Source: Eledone cirrhosa
Lineage: Eukaryota
NCBI GenBank assembly: GCA_964016885.1
Contig: OZ024748.1
Coordinates: forward strand, 33,790,001-33,854,000
Direction of reading: 5' to 3'
Length of the DNA: 64,000 bases
Shown: positions 12,160 to 23,665 of the stretch, piece after piece
Position numbering within the stretch: the stretch's first letter is position 1
How the letters are laid out: the number at the start of each line of letters is the position of its first letter
The notes under the pieces: model-generated
What the model was told of the DNA's origin: nothing
What the model saw: only the letters and a program-made list of their open reading frames with translations
The model's database searches: none
Position numbers and translations under genes: made by a program

Positions 12160-15100
12160 TTAACGGTATCGAATCGGTGGTAAAATGTTCAGTCTCCATC
12201 TGGTGGATCTTGTGCTCTGCACTGGTGTCTGAGGTGTGTTGTTGGGCTGCTGATAGGTGGTTGGTGCCCGTTGGGGTGATGATTCTGTGGAAGCACGGAT
12301 TCTGTGTGTGTCGTCATCTGCTGTGGGTGTTGCGCATGTTATCCTCGATAGCTTTGGTGTTGGGCAGATGTGGGCCCTGTTACGTCTCAGCTGCCTACCA
12401 GATTCAGTTTCTATAATATATGATCTTGGAGTTTCGGCTCTACTGATAACTTGTGCTGGGATCCATGTTTTGGTTATAGGATCTTGAGTATGCACATGCT
12501 GTCCTCCAAGTATCTCAGGTAAGTATTGTGCATGTTTGTTGTAATATTTCTGTGCTTGTTATTGAGTGGCTGCTAGCTTTGCCTTTGTCTCTTCCTGGTC
12601 AATAGGAGGTTGGATCTTAGTTGGCAGGGTGGTTTTGTATTTCCTGCCATTCAGCATTTCTGCTGGGGATTTCATGTCAGTCCTCAGTGGTGTCGCTCGT
12701 AGGGACAGAAGTGCCAGGTGTGGGTCTTCCTTAGTTTCTCGGCATTTGACTAGTGTTCTCTTGACTGTCTGCACCTGTCTTTCTATGAATCCATGGCCTT
12801 TGGGGTAGTGTGGAGATGAGGTTATAATGTTGAACCTATACTCATCGGCTAGCTTTTTGAATTCCTGAGATGTGAACTGGGTTCCATTGTCACATATGAT
12901 CTGTTCTGGTATTCCTTGCTCTGCTAGGAGTCCTCGAGCCACTGTAGTTATTGTTTTGGCCCTCAGGTCTTTCACTTTCTCACAAATGGGAATTTGGAGT
13001 AGTAGCAGACCATAATCAAGTACCATTCTTGGTTCTCTGTGAACAGATCTACTCCAATAGTTTGCCATGGCCTTCTTGGAATGTCACTGGATATCATTTC
13101 CTTCTTTTGTTGAGAGTTTCTGTACTTTTGACAGATGTGGTATATAGAAACCATCTTTTCTATGTCTTTGTACATGCCTATCCAATATACAGCTGACTTG
13201 GCTCGGAGTTTGCATTTTTCCATTCCCAGATGTCCTTGGTTGATCTTGACAAGAATCTCTTTTTGCATTGATTTGGGCATAATTATTCGGGATCCAGTCA
13301 TCAGGATTCCATTCTCCACTGATATGTCATCATGGATGGCCCAATATTCACGAATGAGGGGCTGCACCTGATGTCTCTTCTCTGGCCACCCCTGAATCAC
13401 CATCTGAGTAAGGAGCTGGAGTTCTTCATCTTTGCTGGTCTCCTCTTTGATTTGTTCCAGCTTTGTGTTTGTCACATTTACAATGTGGTGGACCTTTACA
13501 CTTAGTCCTTCCATTTCCTGTTTATCATGTGAGGATAGTCTGGAAAGAGCATCCGCCAATATCAGGTCCTTTCCTGGCTTGTACCTGATATTGTAGTCAT
13601 ATTTTTGGAGCCTCAACAGTAACCTTTGCAGTCTGGCTGGTGCTTTTGTGAGTTTTTTTTTTTGTATATTTGTTCTAGCGGGCGATGGTCTGTCTCAATA
13701 TTGAAATATCTGCCATACAGGTATGTGTGAAACTTTTCACAGCCATATACTACTGCCAGGAGTTCCCTTTCAATGTTTGCATACCTTGTCTCTGTGGGTG
13801 AAAGAGCTTTCGAGGCATATGCAATAGGTTTACCTTCTTGTATCAATGCTGTGCCAACTCCTCTCATAGAAGCATCAACTTGGAGTGTTACTGGTTTGCA
13901 TCTATCATAGTACTGCAGAGTTGTCTCCTTACTGATGAGCTTTTTGATTGCATTGAAATCCTGTGCGAAGCACACCAATCAAACTCTATGTCATCTTTCA
14001 TTAACTCTCAGAGGTTTGCAGTGTGATCGGCCAGCTTAGGTATGAAGGCTCCCATATAGTGGATGAGTCCCAGGAAGCTTCCGAGTTCCTTCTTATCTTT
14101 GGGTTCTCTGATGTCACTGATGGCTTCCACTTTGGCGGGGTCTGGTTTCACTCCCTCTGCAGAGTATATCATTCCAAAAAATTTGCACTCTTTTGCTTTG
14201 ATCATACACTTGTCTACATTGAGTTTGATACCTGCTTGTCGGGTTTTCTCCATAGCTTCATGTAGATTGAAGTCATGTGTGATCTCATCCTTGCCATGCA
14301 CTTGGATATCGTCTGCTATCCCAATTGCTCCCTTGCAGCCTTGGTAGGCCTCATCTATTTGGCGCTGGAAAACATCTTGGCTCACCTTCAATCCAAATGG
14401 GAGTCGGTTGAATCGGTATCTGCCAAATGGTGTGTTGAAGGTAGTTAGCATCGATGATTCTTTGTCTATCTTTACATTCCAGTACCCATTACTGGCATCC
14501 AGTTTGCTGAATATCTTGGATCCAGCTAATGATGGTGTGATTTCTTCAAGGGTTGGAATTGGGTAGTAATCTCGTTTTAATGCCATGTTCAGATCTCTTG
14601 GGTCGAGGCATATTCGTAAGGTACCATTGGCTTTTTCTTTGATTATAATTGAATTCACCCAGTCAGTTGGTCGTGTCACTTTGGTGATTATTTCGTTTTT
14701 TTCCATTCTGTCTAACTCTGCCTTCAGCTTCTCTTTTAATTCCAGCGGAACGTGGCGAGGTGGGTGAACAATTGGTTTGGCATTGGGGTCGACTGTTATA
14801 TGGTATCGACAATTCTCAAAACACCCGACTGTATCGTCAAAGCATTCTGGGTACATGCTTATCAGTTCTTCTTTATTTGTGATTGGTGGTCGGTCTTCGA
14901 TAGGCATATCTCTGTCAATCCTGCTTGGAGCTGCCTTCACTTCCCCGTTGATTGACACAATATTAACCCTTTGACAGGTATTAAGTCCAAGAATTGCAGG
15001 TCCTTCTGTTCTTGTGTCATAAAAAGAACACTTGATTATTTTTCCTTTGTGTGTCCCTGTAATGGTTGTTTTGCCCAGATGTAGAATCCTGGTACCTCCG

Positions 15101-16177
15101 TATGCAGTGAGGATTACATCACTTGGTGTGAGGATTCCTTCCTTGACTTTATCCTCTTGTGTCATGTGTTCTGGGAACATCTTTTTGTAGAGGTTGACAG
15201 GCAAGATATCACTCTGGGCTCCAGTGTCAATCTTTAGCTTTAAGTCAATGTTTATTCGTTCCTTACCTGACGTCTTTTGGATTTGTATTGTTGTGTATGC
15301 TTCATTTTTTTTCTGGTTGTCATTTCCCATCTCATGTACATTTATTGTGCCGACTGCCAAGAATTCCTCCCCTGAGGTGTTTTCTTCCTGTTGTTGTGCA
15401 TGTATGTCTCTTTGTCTTCTCTTTCCGCTCCTCTTTGGAAACTGGGGCTTGTATTTGTGAGATTTTGTTAGTCTACACATTTTTCCCCAGTGGTTGGGCT
15501 TTCCACATGCTTTGCAGTGTGTACCAAATGCAGGACATTTCCTCCGGTCATTGAACTCATGCTCTGTACCGCAGTACTGGCATGTTCTCTGTTTGTGGGT
15601 ATGTTTCGTTCTATGTCTGGATACAATATCTACACTGCTGCCTATTGTGTTTGTTTGTAAGTGAGGCCATTTGTTTGGTAGTGGCTTTGAATGCTCTTGC
15701 AGTGTCTACTGCTTCCATCAACTGGAGAGTGTCCTTACCTATGAGGGATTTCTGGACTTCTTTGTGAGCACACCCCCATATGAGTTGATCAACAATCCTT
15801 TCGTCCTTGTCTTTGAATCTGCATTTCTCGGCAACATTCTTTAGTCTGGACAGGAAGTTGTCAATTGTTTCTTGTGGGTCTTGTGCTAGGCCCTGGAATT
15901 CGTACCTATGAATTCTATGGTTTGATCTGGGCTCTAGGTGCCTTTCAAATTTCTCTAACAGTGTGTCTGGATTATTGCAATCCGATTCTGACATGTCCCA
16001 ACTATTGAATAGGTCTAGGCCCTTCTCTCCTGTCCATAAAAGGATGTAGCTTACCCTTTCATCGGCAGTTGTACCTTTCAGGAAGCTTTTGAAAGCCAAT
16101 TGAGTTTTCTGTTTGAATTTCTTGAACACTTCCACGATATCATCGGCGTCCCAGTTCATGGTCGGATGTAGATTCAT
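12160..16177 (-). pseudogene. Gypsy gag-pol, frameshifted
   Basis: Gag 15611-16177 with a Cys/His knuckle region (~15480-15580); protease KIDTGAQ; RT KLDASNGYW..LPFGL..IADD; RNase H VDAS..ERELLA..TDHRPL; integrase GHLGMEKC, DNGTQF and ERQVQTVK; C-terminal W.PAQV..PRSY. Confidence 0.93.
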
Positions 16178-16324
16178 CTATACGGCGATGGGGGCCGCCA
16201 TTTTGGATTCACGTGTGTGTGTATGAAGACGAAGTGATATTCAGTTTGTTAAATTTCAGGTTTGTTGTGTTCCTGTTTTGTTGTAAAGGCACGGTTTTCG
16301 ATTAAGTATTTATCGCTGCCACCA

Positions 16325-16561
16325 TGTTATGTATTCTTGTGGTTCATGCTGGGATAATAAACAACTCACTGAAGGCGTTAGCATGATTCTACGTGTTTAT
16401 TTGCTTGGCATGTTTTTAGCGGAGTGATACATACTGTGCGTATCCGCCTTAGACACAGTTCCTACTGTTTACTAGATGCGCTTAACAAAATAGTACTAAT
16501 AGTGGGGATGTATTCATTGTTATGTATATCTACGCATACACATGGGTATGAATGTGTAACA
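16325..16561 (-). repeat. 5' LTR
   Basis: Direct repeat of 11728-11964, adjacent to the PBS at ~16314-16324. Confidence 0.95.
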
Positions 16562-16582
16562 CCAACATAAATATATATATAA

Positions 16583-17035
16583 GGTACATGGCTTACTGGT
16601 TAGAGTGTTGGGTTTACAATCATAAGGTTGTGAGTTCAATTCTCAAACTGGGATTTACATTGTGTCCTTGAGCAAGACACTTTATTTCACGTTGCTCCAA
16701 TTCACTCAGCTGTAGAAATGAGTTTCAATGTCACTAGTGCCAAGCTGTATCAGCCATTGCCTTTCCCTTGGACAACATCAAATATAGAGTATATATAGTA
16801 TGTATACAGTGTATATACAGAGTATATAGTGCATATATTGAGTATATAGTATGTATATAGAGAGTAAGCTGTATCAACCATTGCCTTTTCCTTGGGCATC
16901 ATCAGTGATGTAGAGGGGAGACTGGTATATATGGGGAACTGCAGGTCTTCCACAAACAACCTTACCCAGACTTGTGCCTCAGGGGGGAACTTTCTATGTT
17001 CAAATCCCATGGTCATTCGGGACCAAAAGGGGTGT
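16583..17035 (+). mobile_element. tRNA-derived CORE-type SINE with a non-RTE tail
   Basis: A-box tggcttactgg, B-box gagttcaattc, CORE-like ccttgagcaagacactt..cagctgtagaaatg; the tail differs from the 45664 and 50536 copies. Confidence 0.8.
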
Positions 17036-17357
17036 TTATATATATAATTGTTTAACAGAGAAAAGGTTTCTACTGGGTTAGAACTGTCTCATTCATATGT
17101 TTTCTGGTGATTGGGAAAGTTGGTGATTTTGAGGATGGAGGTCATTGGCCAAGGGATTTTAAAGAGCAGGGATACTTTGAAATAACTATTTTTAGATATA
17201 GACACACATGTCGATACCAACACAGTCTTCTCTCCTACACACCACCTCACATTCCTCTTAAACCCAACTTATCACTCACCTTGTCCAACATCTACCTTTC
17301 TGTTACACTTACATTCCACATCAAACAAAACATGGTTGCTTCATTTCTCTCTGGTCT

Positions 17358-18070
17358 ACATATGTCCCCTGCAGTCACATCCCATGGTTCACTGCCATGT
17401 AGCACCATATGTCCCCTGCAGTCACAGCCCATGTTTCACTACCATGTAGCCCCACATGTCCCCTGCAGTCACAGCTCATCTTTCACTACCATGTAGCACA
17501 CCATGCCCCCTGTAGTCACATCCCATGTTCCACTACCATGTAGCACCACATGTGACCTGCAGTCACAGTCCATGTTTCACTACCATGTAGCACCACATGT
17601 CCCCTGCAGTCACTTCCCATGTTTCACTACCATGTAGCACCACATGTGCTCTGCAGTCACAGACCATGTTTCACTACCATGTAGCACCACATGTCCCCTG
17701 CAATCACAGCCCATGGTTCACTACCATGTAGCACCACATGTCCCCTGCAGTCACATCCCATGGTTCACTGCCATGTAGCACCATATGTCCCCTGCAGTCA
17801 CAGCCTATGTTTCACTACCATGTAGCACCATGTGTGTCATGCAGTCACAGCCCATGTTTCACTACCATGTAGCACCACATGTCCCCTTCAGTCACATCCC
17901 ATGGTTCACTACCATGTAGCACCACATGTCCCCTGCAGTCACAGCCCATGTTTCACTACCATGTAGCACCACATGTCCCCTACAGTCACAGTCCATGTTT
18001 CACTACCATGTAGCACCACATGTCCCTGCAGTCACAGTCCATGTTTCACTACCATGTAGCACCACATGTC
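17358..18070. repeat. 47-bp minisatellite (~15 copies) derived from RTE coding sequence
   Basis: Unit ccatgtagcaccacatgtcccctgcagtcacagcccatgtttcacta is the reverse of the RTE LHGSETWAVTA-coding segment; preceded by an RTE fragment at ~17205-17357. Confidence 0.92.
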
Positions 18071-18340
18071 GGCTAACTTTACCTCTCTCTCACTTAACAA
18101 ATGTTACATTTCGTGCAATAAAAATTAGCAAAAGAACTCCGCGTCTACAATAACAAAATAAACAATTAACTTTTATTTTTTTCTTAATCATATTTCTACT
18201 TTTGGCACAAGGCCAGCACTTATCCCATTACTGGTATTTTATTTTATCGGCCCCCGTAAGCATGAAAGGTTTAATAATATTTTTCTGCTAAACATCTAAC
18301 ACCCATCTAAATCTCTGTTATTAACACCATATGTAATCAC

Positions 18341-21030
18341 ACTCTATCATCTGAGGTAAAGCTGTTTTGAGGGGTGAACACCAACATTCTCTGTTATAGT
18401 GTGTTATTGAGGGACCCTCTATCACCTGAGATAAAGCTGTTTGGTGGGGCCAACACCAACATTCTCTGTTATAGTGTGTTATTGAGGGACCCTCTATCAC
18501 CTGAGGTAAAGCAGTGTGGTGGGGTCAACACCAACATTCTCTTTTGTAGTGTGTTTTTGAGGGACCCTCTATCACCTGAGGTAAAGCTGTTTGGTGGGGT
18601 CAACACCAACAATCTCTGTTATAGTGTGTTATTGAGGGACCCTCTATCACCTGAGGTGAAGCTGTTTGGTGGGGTCAACACCAACATTCTCTGTTATAGT
18701 GTGTTATTGAGGGACCCTCTATCACCTGAGGTAAAGCAGTGTGGTGGGGTCAACACCAACATTCTCTGTTATAGTGTGTTATTGAGGGACCCTCTATCAC
18801 CTGAGGTAAAGCTGTTTGGTGGGGTCAACACCAACATTCTCTTTTGTAGTGTGTTTTTGAGGGACCCTCTATCACCTGAGGTAAAGCTGTTTGGTGGGGT
18901 CAACACCAACATTCTCTGTTATAGTGTGTTATTGAGGGACCCTCTATCACCTGAGGTGAAGCTGTTTGGTGGGGTCAACACCAACATTCTCTGTTATAGT
19001 GTGTTATTGAGGGACCCTCTATCACCTGAGGTGAAGCTGTTTCGTGGGGTCAACACCAACATTCTCTGTTATAGTGTGTTATTGAGGGACCCTCTATCAC
19101 CTGAGATAAAGCTGTTTGGTGGGGTCAACACCAACATTCTCTGTTATAGTGTGTTATGGAGGGACCCTCTATCACCTGAGGTAAAGCTGTTTGGTGGGGC
19201 CAACACCAACATTCTCTGTTATAGTGTGTTATTGAGGGACCCTCTATCACCTGAGGTAAAGCAGTGTGGTGGGGTCAACACCAACATTCTCTGTTATAGT
19301 GTGTTATGGAGGGACCCTCTATCACCTGAGATAAAGCTGTTTGGTGGGGTCAACACCAACATTCTCTGTTATAGTGTGTTATGGAGGGACCCTCTATCAC
19401 CTGAGGTAAAGCTGTTTGGTGGGGCCAACACCAACATTCTCTGTTATAGTGTGTTATTGAGGGACCCTCTATCACCTGAGGTAAAGCTGTTTTGTGGGGG
19501 TCAACACCAACATTCTCTGTTATAGTGTGTTATTGAGGGACCCTCTATCATCTGAGGTAAAGCTGTTTGGTGGGGGTCAACACCAACATTCTCTGTTATA
19601 GTGTGTTATTGAGGGACCCTCTATCACCTGAGGTAAAGCTGTTTGGTGGGGGTCAACACCAACATTCTCTGTTATAGTGTGTTATTGAGGGACCCTCTAT
19701 CACCTGAGGTAAAGCTGTTTGGTGGGGGTCAACACCAACATTCTCTGTTATAGTGTGTTATTGAGGGACCCTCTATCACTTGAGGTAAAGCTGTTTGGTG
19801 GAGTCAACACCAACATTCTCTTTTGTAGTGTGTTATTGAGGGACCCTCTATCACCTGAGGTAAAGCTGTTTGGTGGGGCCAACACCAACATTCTCTGTTG
19901 TAGTGTGTTATTGAGGGACCCTCTATCACCTGAGGTAAAGCTGTTTGGTGGGGCCAACACCAACATTCTCTGTTGTAGTGTGTTATTGAGGGACCCTCTA
20001 TCACCTAAGGTAAAGCTGTTTGGTGGGGTCAACACCAACATTCTCTGTTATAGTGTGTTATTGAGGGACCCTCTATCACCTGAGGTAAAGCTGTTTGGTG
20101 GGGTCAACACCAACATTCTCTGTTATAGTGTGTTATTGAGGGACCCTCTATCACCTGAGGTAAAGCTGTTTGGTGGGGTCAACACCAACATTCTCTTTTG
20201 TAGTGTGTTTTTGAGGGACCCTCTATCACCTGAGGTAAAGCTGTTTGGTGGGGTCAACACCAACATTCTCTGTTATAGTGTGTTATTGAGGGACCCTCTA
20301 TCACCTGAGGTGAAGCTGTTTGGTGGGGTCAACACCAACATTCTCTGTTATAGTGTGTTATTGAGGGACCCTCTATCACCTGAGGTGAAGCTGTTTCGTG
20401 GGGTCAACACCAACATTCTCTGTTATAGTGTGTTATTGAGGGACCCTCTATCACCTGAGGTAAAGCTGTTTGGTGGGGGTCAACACCAACATTCTCTGTT
20501 ATAGTGTGTTATTGAGGGACCCTCTATCACCTGAGGTAAAGCTGTTTGGTGGGGTCAACACCAACATTCTCTGTTATAGTGTGTTATGGAGGGACCCTCT
20601 ATCACCTGAGATAAAGCTGTTTGGTGGGGTCAACACCAACATTCTCTGTTATAGTGTGTTATTGAGGGACCCTCTATCACCTGAGGTAAAGCTGTTTGGT
20701 GGAGTCAACACCAACATTCTCTTTTGTAGTGTGTTATTGAGGGACCCTCTATAACCTGAGGTAAAGCTGTTTGGTGGGGCCAACACCAACATTCTCTGTT
20801 GTAGTGTGTTATTGAGGGACCCTCTATCACCTGAGGTAAAGCTGTTTGGTGGGGCCAACACCAACATTCTCTGTTGTAGTGTGTTATTGAGGGACCCTCT
20901 ATCACCTAAGGTAAAGCTGTTTGGTGGGGTCAACACCAACATTCTCTGTTATAGTGTGTTATTGAGGGACCCTCTATCACCTGAGGTGAAGCTGTTTGGT
21001 GGGGTCAACACCAACACACCCTGTTGTAGC
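18341..21030 (+). repeat. 75-bp tandem array, ~35 near-identical copies
   Basis: Unit ctatcacctgaggtaaagctgtttggtggggtcaacaccaacattctctgttatagtgtgttattgagggaccct; no unique spacers. Confidence 0.97.
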
Positions 21031-21249
21031 AATTGAAAGATTTTTTTTCCCTGTTCTTCTTCCTTACTCCCTTCTTTTATTGATTTCATTCTTTTGTAGA
21101 GAACACACTAACCTGCACCAATATTCTTTTCATCCCTCCCCATTCGTAATACCCTGCCCTCACCTGCTAAATATCCCACACACCTTGTTGATGTCAAACT
21201 TGCTTATTTATCCCCACCTTCCAAACCCTCACCCCTGATACACCTCATC

Positions 21250-21898
21250 TGCCCGACCCACACATACAAGCATGAAAGTTGGGCATGCTCTACATCTGAT
21301 ATCCCACAATGCCTACCTACGACAAAGAGTACAAAGTCGACATTGTAGGTTGTGCTGGCACCACCCCACCAATACTACCCAGTCCACCCTGTAAGGTGGT
21401 TGTGCTGGTGACATCAGAAATACCACCCAGACCATTCCTTAAGGTGGTTGTGATGGTTACATGAAAAATACCACCCAGTCTACCCTGTAAGGTGGTTGTG
21501 ATGGTTACATGAGAAATACCACACAGTTTACCCTGTAAGGGGGTCATGCTGGTGACATGCAAAAGCACCCAGTCCACCCTGTAAGATTGTTGTGCTGCTG
21601 ACATGACAAAATGAACCATTCTACCCTGTAAGGTGGTTGTGCTTGTGGCTTGAGAAATACCACCCAGTCTACCCTGTAAAGGGGTTATGATGGTTATACA
21701 AATAAAATCAGCTAGTCCACACTTGAATGTGGTTGGTGTTAAGAAGGGCATCCAGCCGTAGAAACCAAACCAAAATACACATCCATATGAGACCTGGTCT
21801 CCACACCTGACATGCCTCATAACGTGACAACCTGGTTAACCCATGCTGGTGTGATAAAAATGAACGTTAAATGATAATGCGGATGTTGATGATGATGG
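21250..21898 (+). mobile_element. RTE-type 3' end with an expanded ~50-bp UTR repeat
   Basis: About 7 copies of ccacccagtctaccctgtaaggtggttgtg, then gttggtgttaagaagggcatccagccgtag and a (gat)n-like tail. Confidence 0.75.
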
Positions 21899-22025
21899 TA
21901 TATACAAACAAACAATGTAGTAAACTACCAAGGGAGACAACTCCACCTTTGCTCAATTTAAATCAAATATTAGTATGATTGAGCAGACCTATATTAATTA
22001 AAGTTGTTCCAGCCGTGACTATCAT

Positions 22026-22098
<73 letters not shown>

Positions 22099-22154
22099 CA
22101 CATACACATACATGTGTGACTAAACTGCAGAATATGGTCTTTGTTGTTGTAAGA

Positions 22155-22515
22155 CAGTAGAGAGTGATATTTGGCTGCTATTTCTACCAGGTCAAGTAAC
22201 CAGGTAGGAGACTCCCTCGTTGATACGTAATAAATATTTCACTGAGTGATGCTGCTTGTTTTACCATGGGTTGGATACAATTGATGGAGTGAATTGATAT
22301 AACTGAAGGTCTTTCTGATGGTATTAAATTATGTCAGGGACTTTTAACGTATGACACCGGTTTTATTTAAGAGCTGGGAAATATTGTCACCGACACCACG
22401 TACCTGCTATCTTAATTATAACTTTAATTAATCTGATTATATCTTGTGTTGCAATTATCTCATGTTAAGGTGAAAGTTAATATTCTGTATATAACATAGA
22501 GTGAGCTACATGTTT
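22155..22515 (+). promoter_or_regulatory. Conserved non-coding block upstream of ZNF coding exons (copies at ~30770-31125 and ~43715-43975)
   Basis: Near-identical to 30770-31125; core tcagggacttttaacgtatgacaccgG(T); function inferred only. Confidence 0.45.
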
Positions 22516-23186
22516 CATCAGAAAATGAATTATCTACACGTAAAAGAACACACACTAAAGATAAACCCTATCACTGTCAAATATGTGAGAAATCTTTCCC
22601 TTCGAAATCCAATCTTGTTACTCTAACTGGAGAAAAACGTTTCCACTGCGAAATATGTGGGAAAGCTTTTGCTGAACATTTTAGTGTTGTACTTCATAAA
22701 AGAACACACTCTGGAGAGAAACCCTAACATTGTGAAATTTGTGGGAAATCTTTTGTGACAAGCATTTATTTAACTGTACATATAAGAACACACACTGGAG
22801 AGAAACCATTTCATTGTGAAATATGTGGGAAATCTTTCTTTCAGAATGCTAGTCTTATTAACCATAGATATAACCACACTGCAATAAAGCCCTTCCATTG
22901 TGAAATATGTGAGAAATCTTTTATCAGGGGCAATGACTTGATTAGACGTAAAAGAACTCACACTGGAGAGAAACCCTTTTACTGTGAAATATGTGGGAAG
23001 TATTTCGTACAAAGTGGTAATTTGATTGTACATAAAAGATCACATACTGGTGAAAGACACTGTGAAATATGTGGGAAATCTTTTATTAGGAATAGTAATT
23101 TAAATAAACACAAACAAACACACACAAGAGGGAAACATTTAACTAACTCTTCCTCTTACAAATCTAAACTGATTGTCATGAAGTAA
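22516..23186 (+). pseudogene. C2H2 zinc-finger pseudogene lacking its N-terminus
   Basis: About 7 fingers; in-frame TAA (ccctaa ~22723-22728); a deletion in finger 2; ORF 22755-23186. Confidence 0.85.
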
Positions 23187-23289
23187 TTCTTAGAAGTTCC
23201 ACAGACTCGAAAAGTTGCTTGTCATTTTTAAAATTATACACTTAGAAATAAATTCTTGTTCATATCCTAATCTTTTGCTACGAGTTGTG

Positions 23290-23600
23290 ACATGACTAAA
23301 CACAGAACACACACTGGAGAGAAACCCTATCACTGTAAAATATGTGGGAAATCTTTTGGCTGTAATGGTGAATCGACTAAACACAGAGGAACACACACTG
23401 GAGAGAAACCCTTCCACTGTGAAATATGTGGGAAATCTTTCTCTGAAAATTTTAGTGTTGTAGTTCACAAAAGAACACACATTGGAGAGAAACCTTTCAA
23501 AGGTGAAATATGTGGGAAACCTTTCGTCACTAAAAGTAACTTAAATAAAGACAAAACACTGGAGGGAAACGTTTTAACTGTGAAACACGAGACACCTTCC
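23290..23600 (+). pseudogene. Duplicated C-terminal zinc-finger block
   Basis: [33 protein letters not shown] closely matches fingers 6-8 of 31499-32302. Confidence 0.8.
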
Positions 23601-23665
23601 TCTTACAAATATAAACCTATTATCCACCAACATCTTGAGGGAAACCTTAGTAGTTTTACAGACTC

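Larger units (their letters stand above)
11728..16561 (-). mobile_element. Full-length Ty3/Gypsy LTR retrotransposon (coding region disrupted)
   Basis: Two 237-bp TG..CA LTRs; 5-bp TSD CCAAC (11723-11727 and 16562-16566); PBS TGGTGGCAGCG after the 5' LTR; PPT AAGAAGGGA before the 3' LTR; domain order gag-PR-RT-RH-IN. Confidence 0.97.

Noticed and set aside
18341-21030. CRISPR-like array or 25-aa repeat protein (ORFs 18374-19525 and 19719-20504)
   Set aside because: Units are contiguous with no unique spacers, there are no cas genes and the context is eukaryotic. Single-base insertions shift the frame, so the ORFs follow from a stop-free 75-bp unit.
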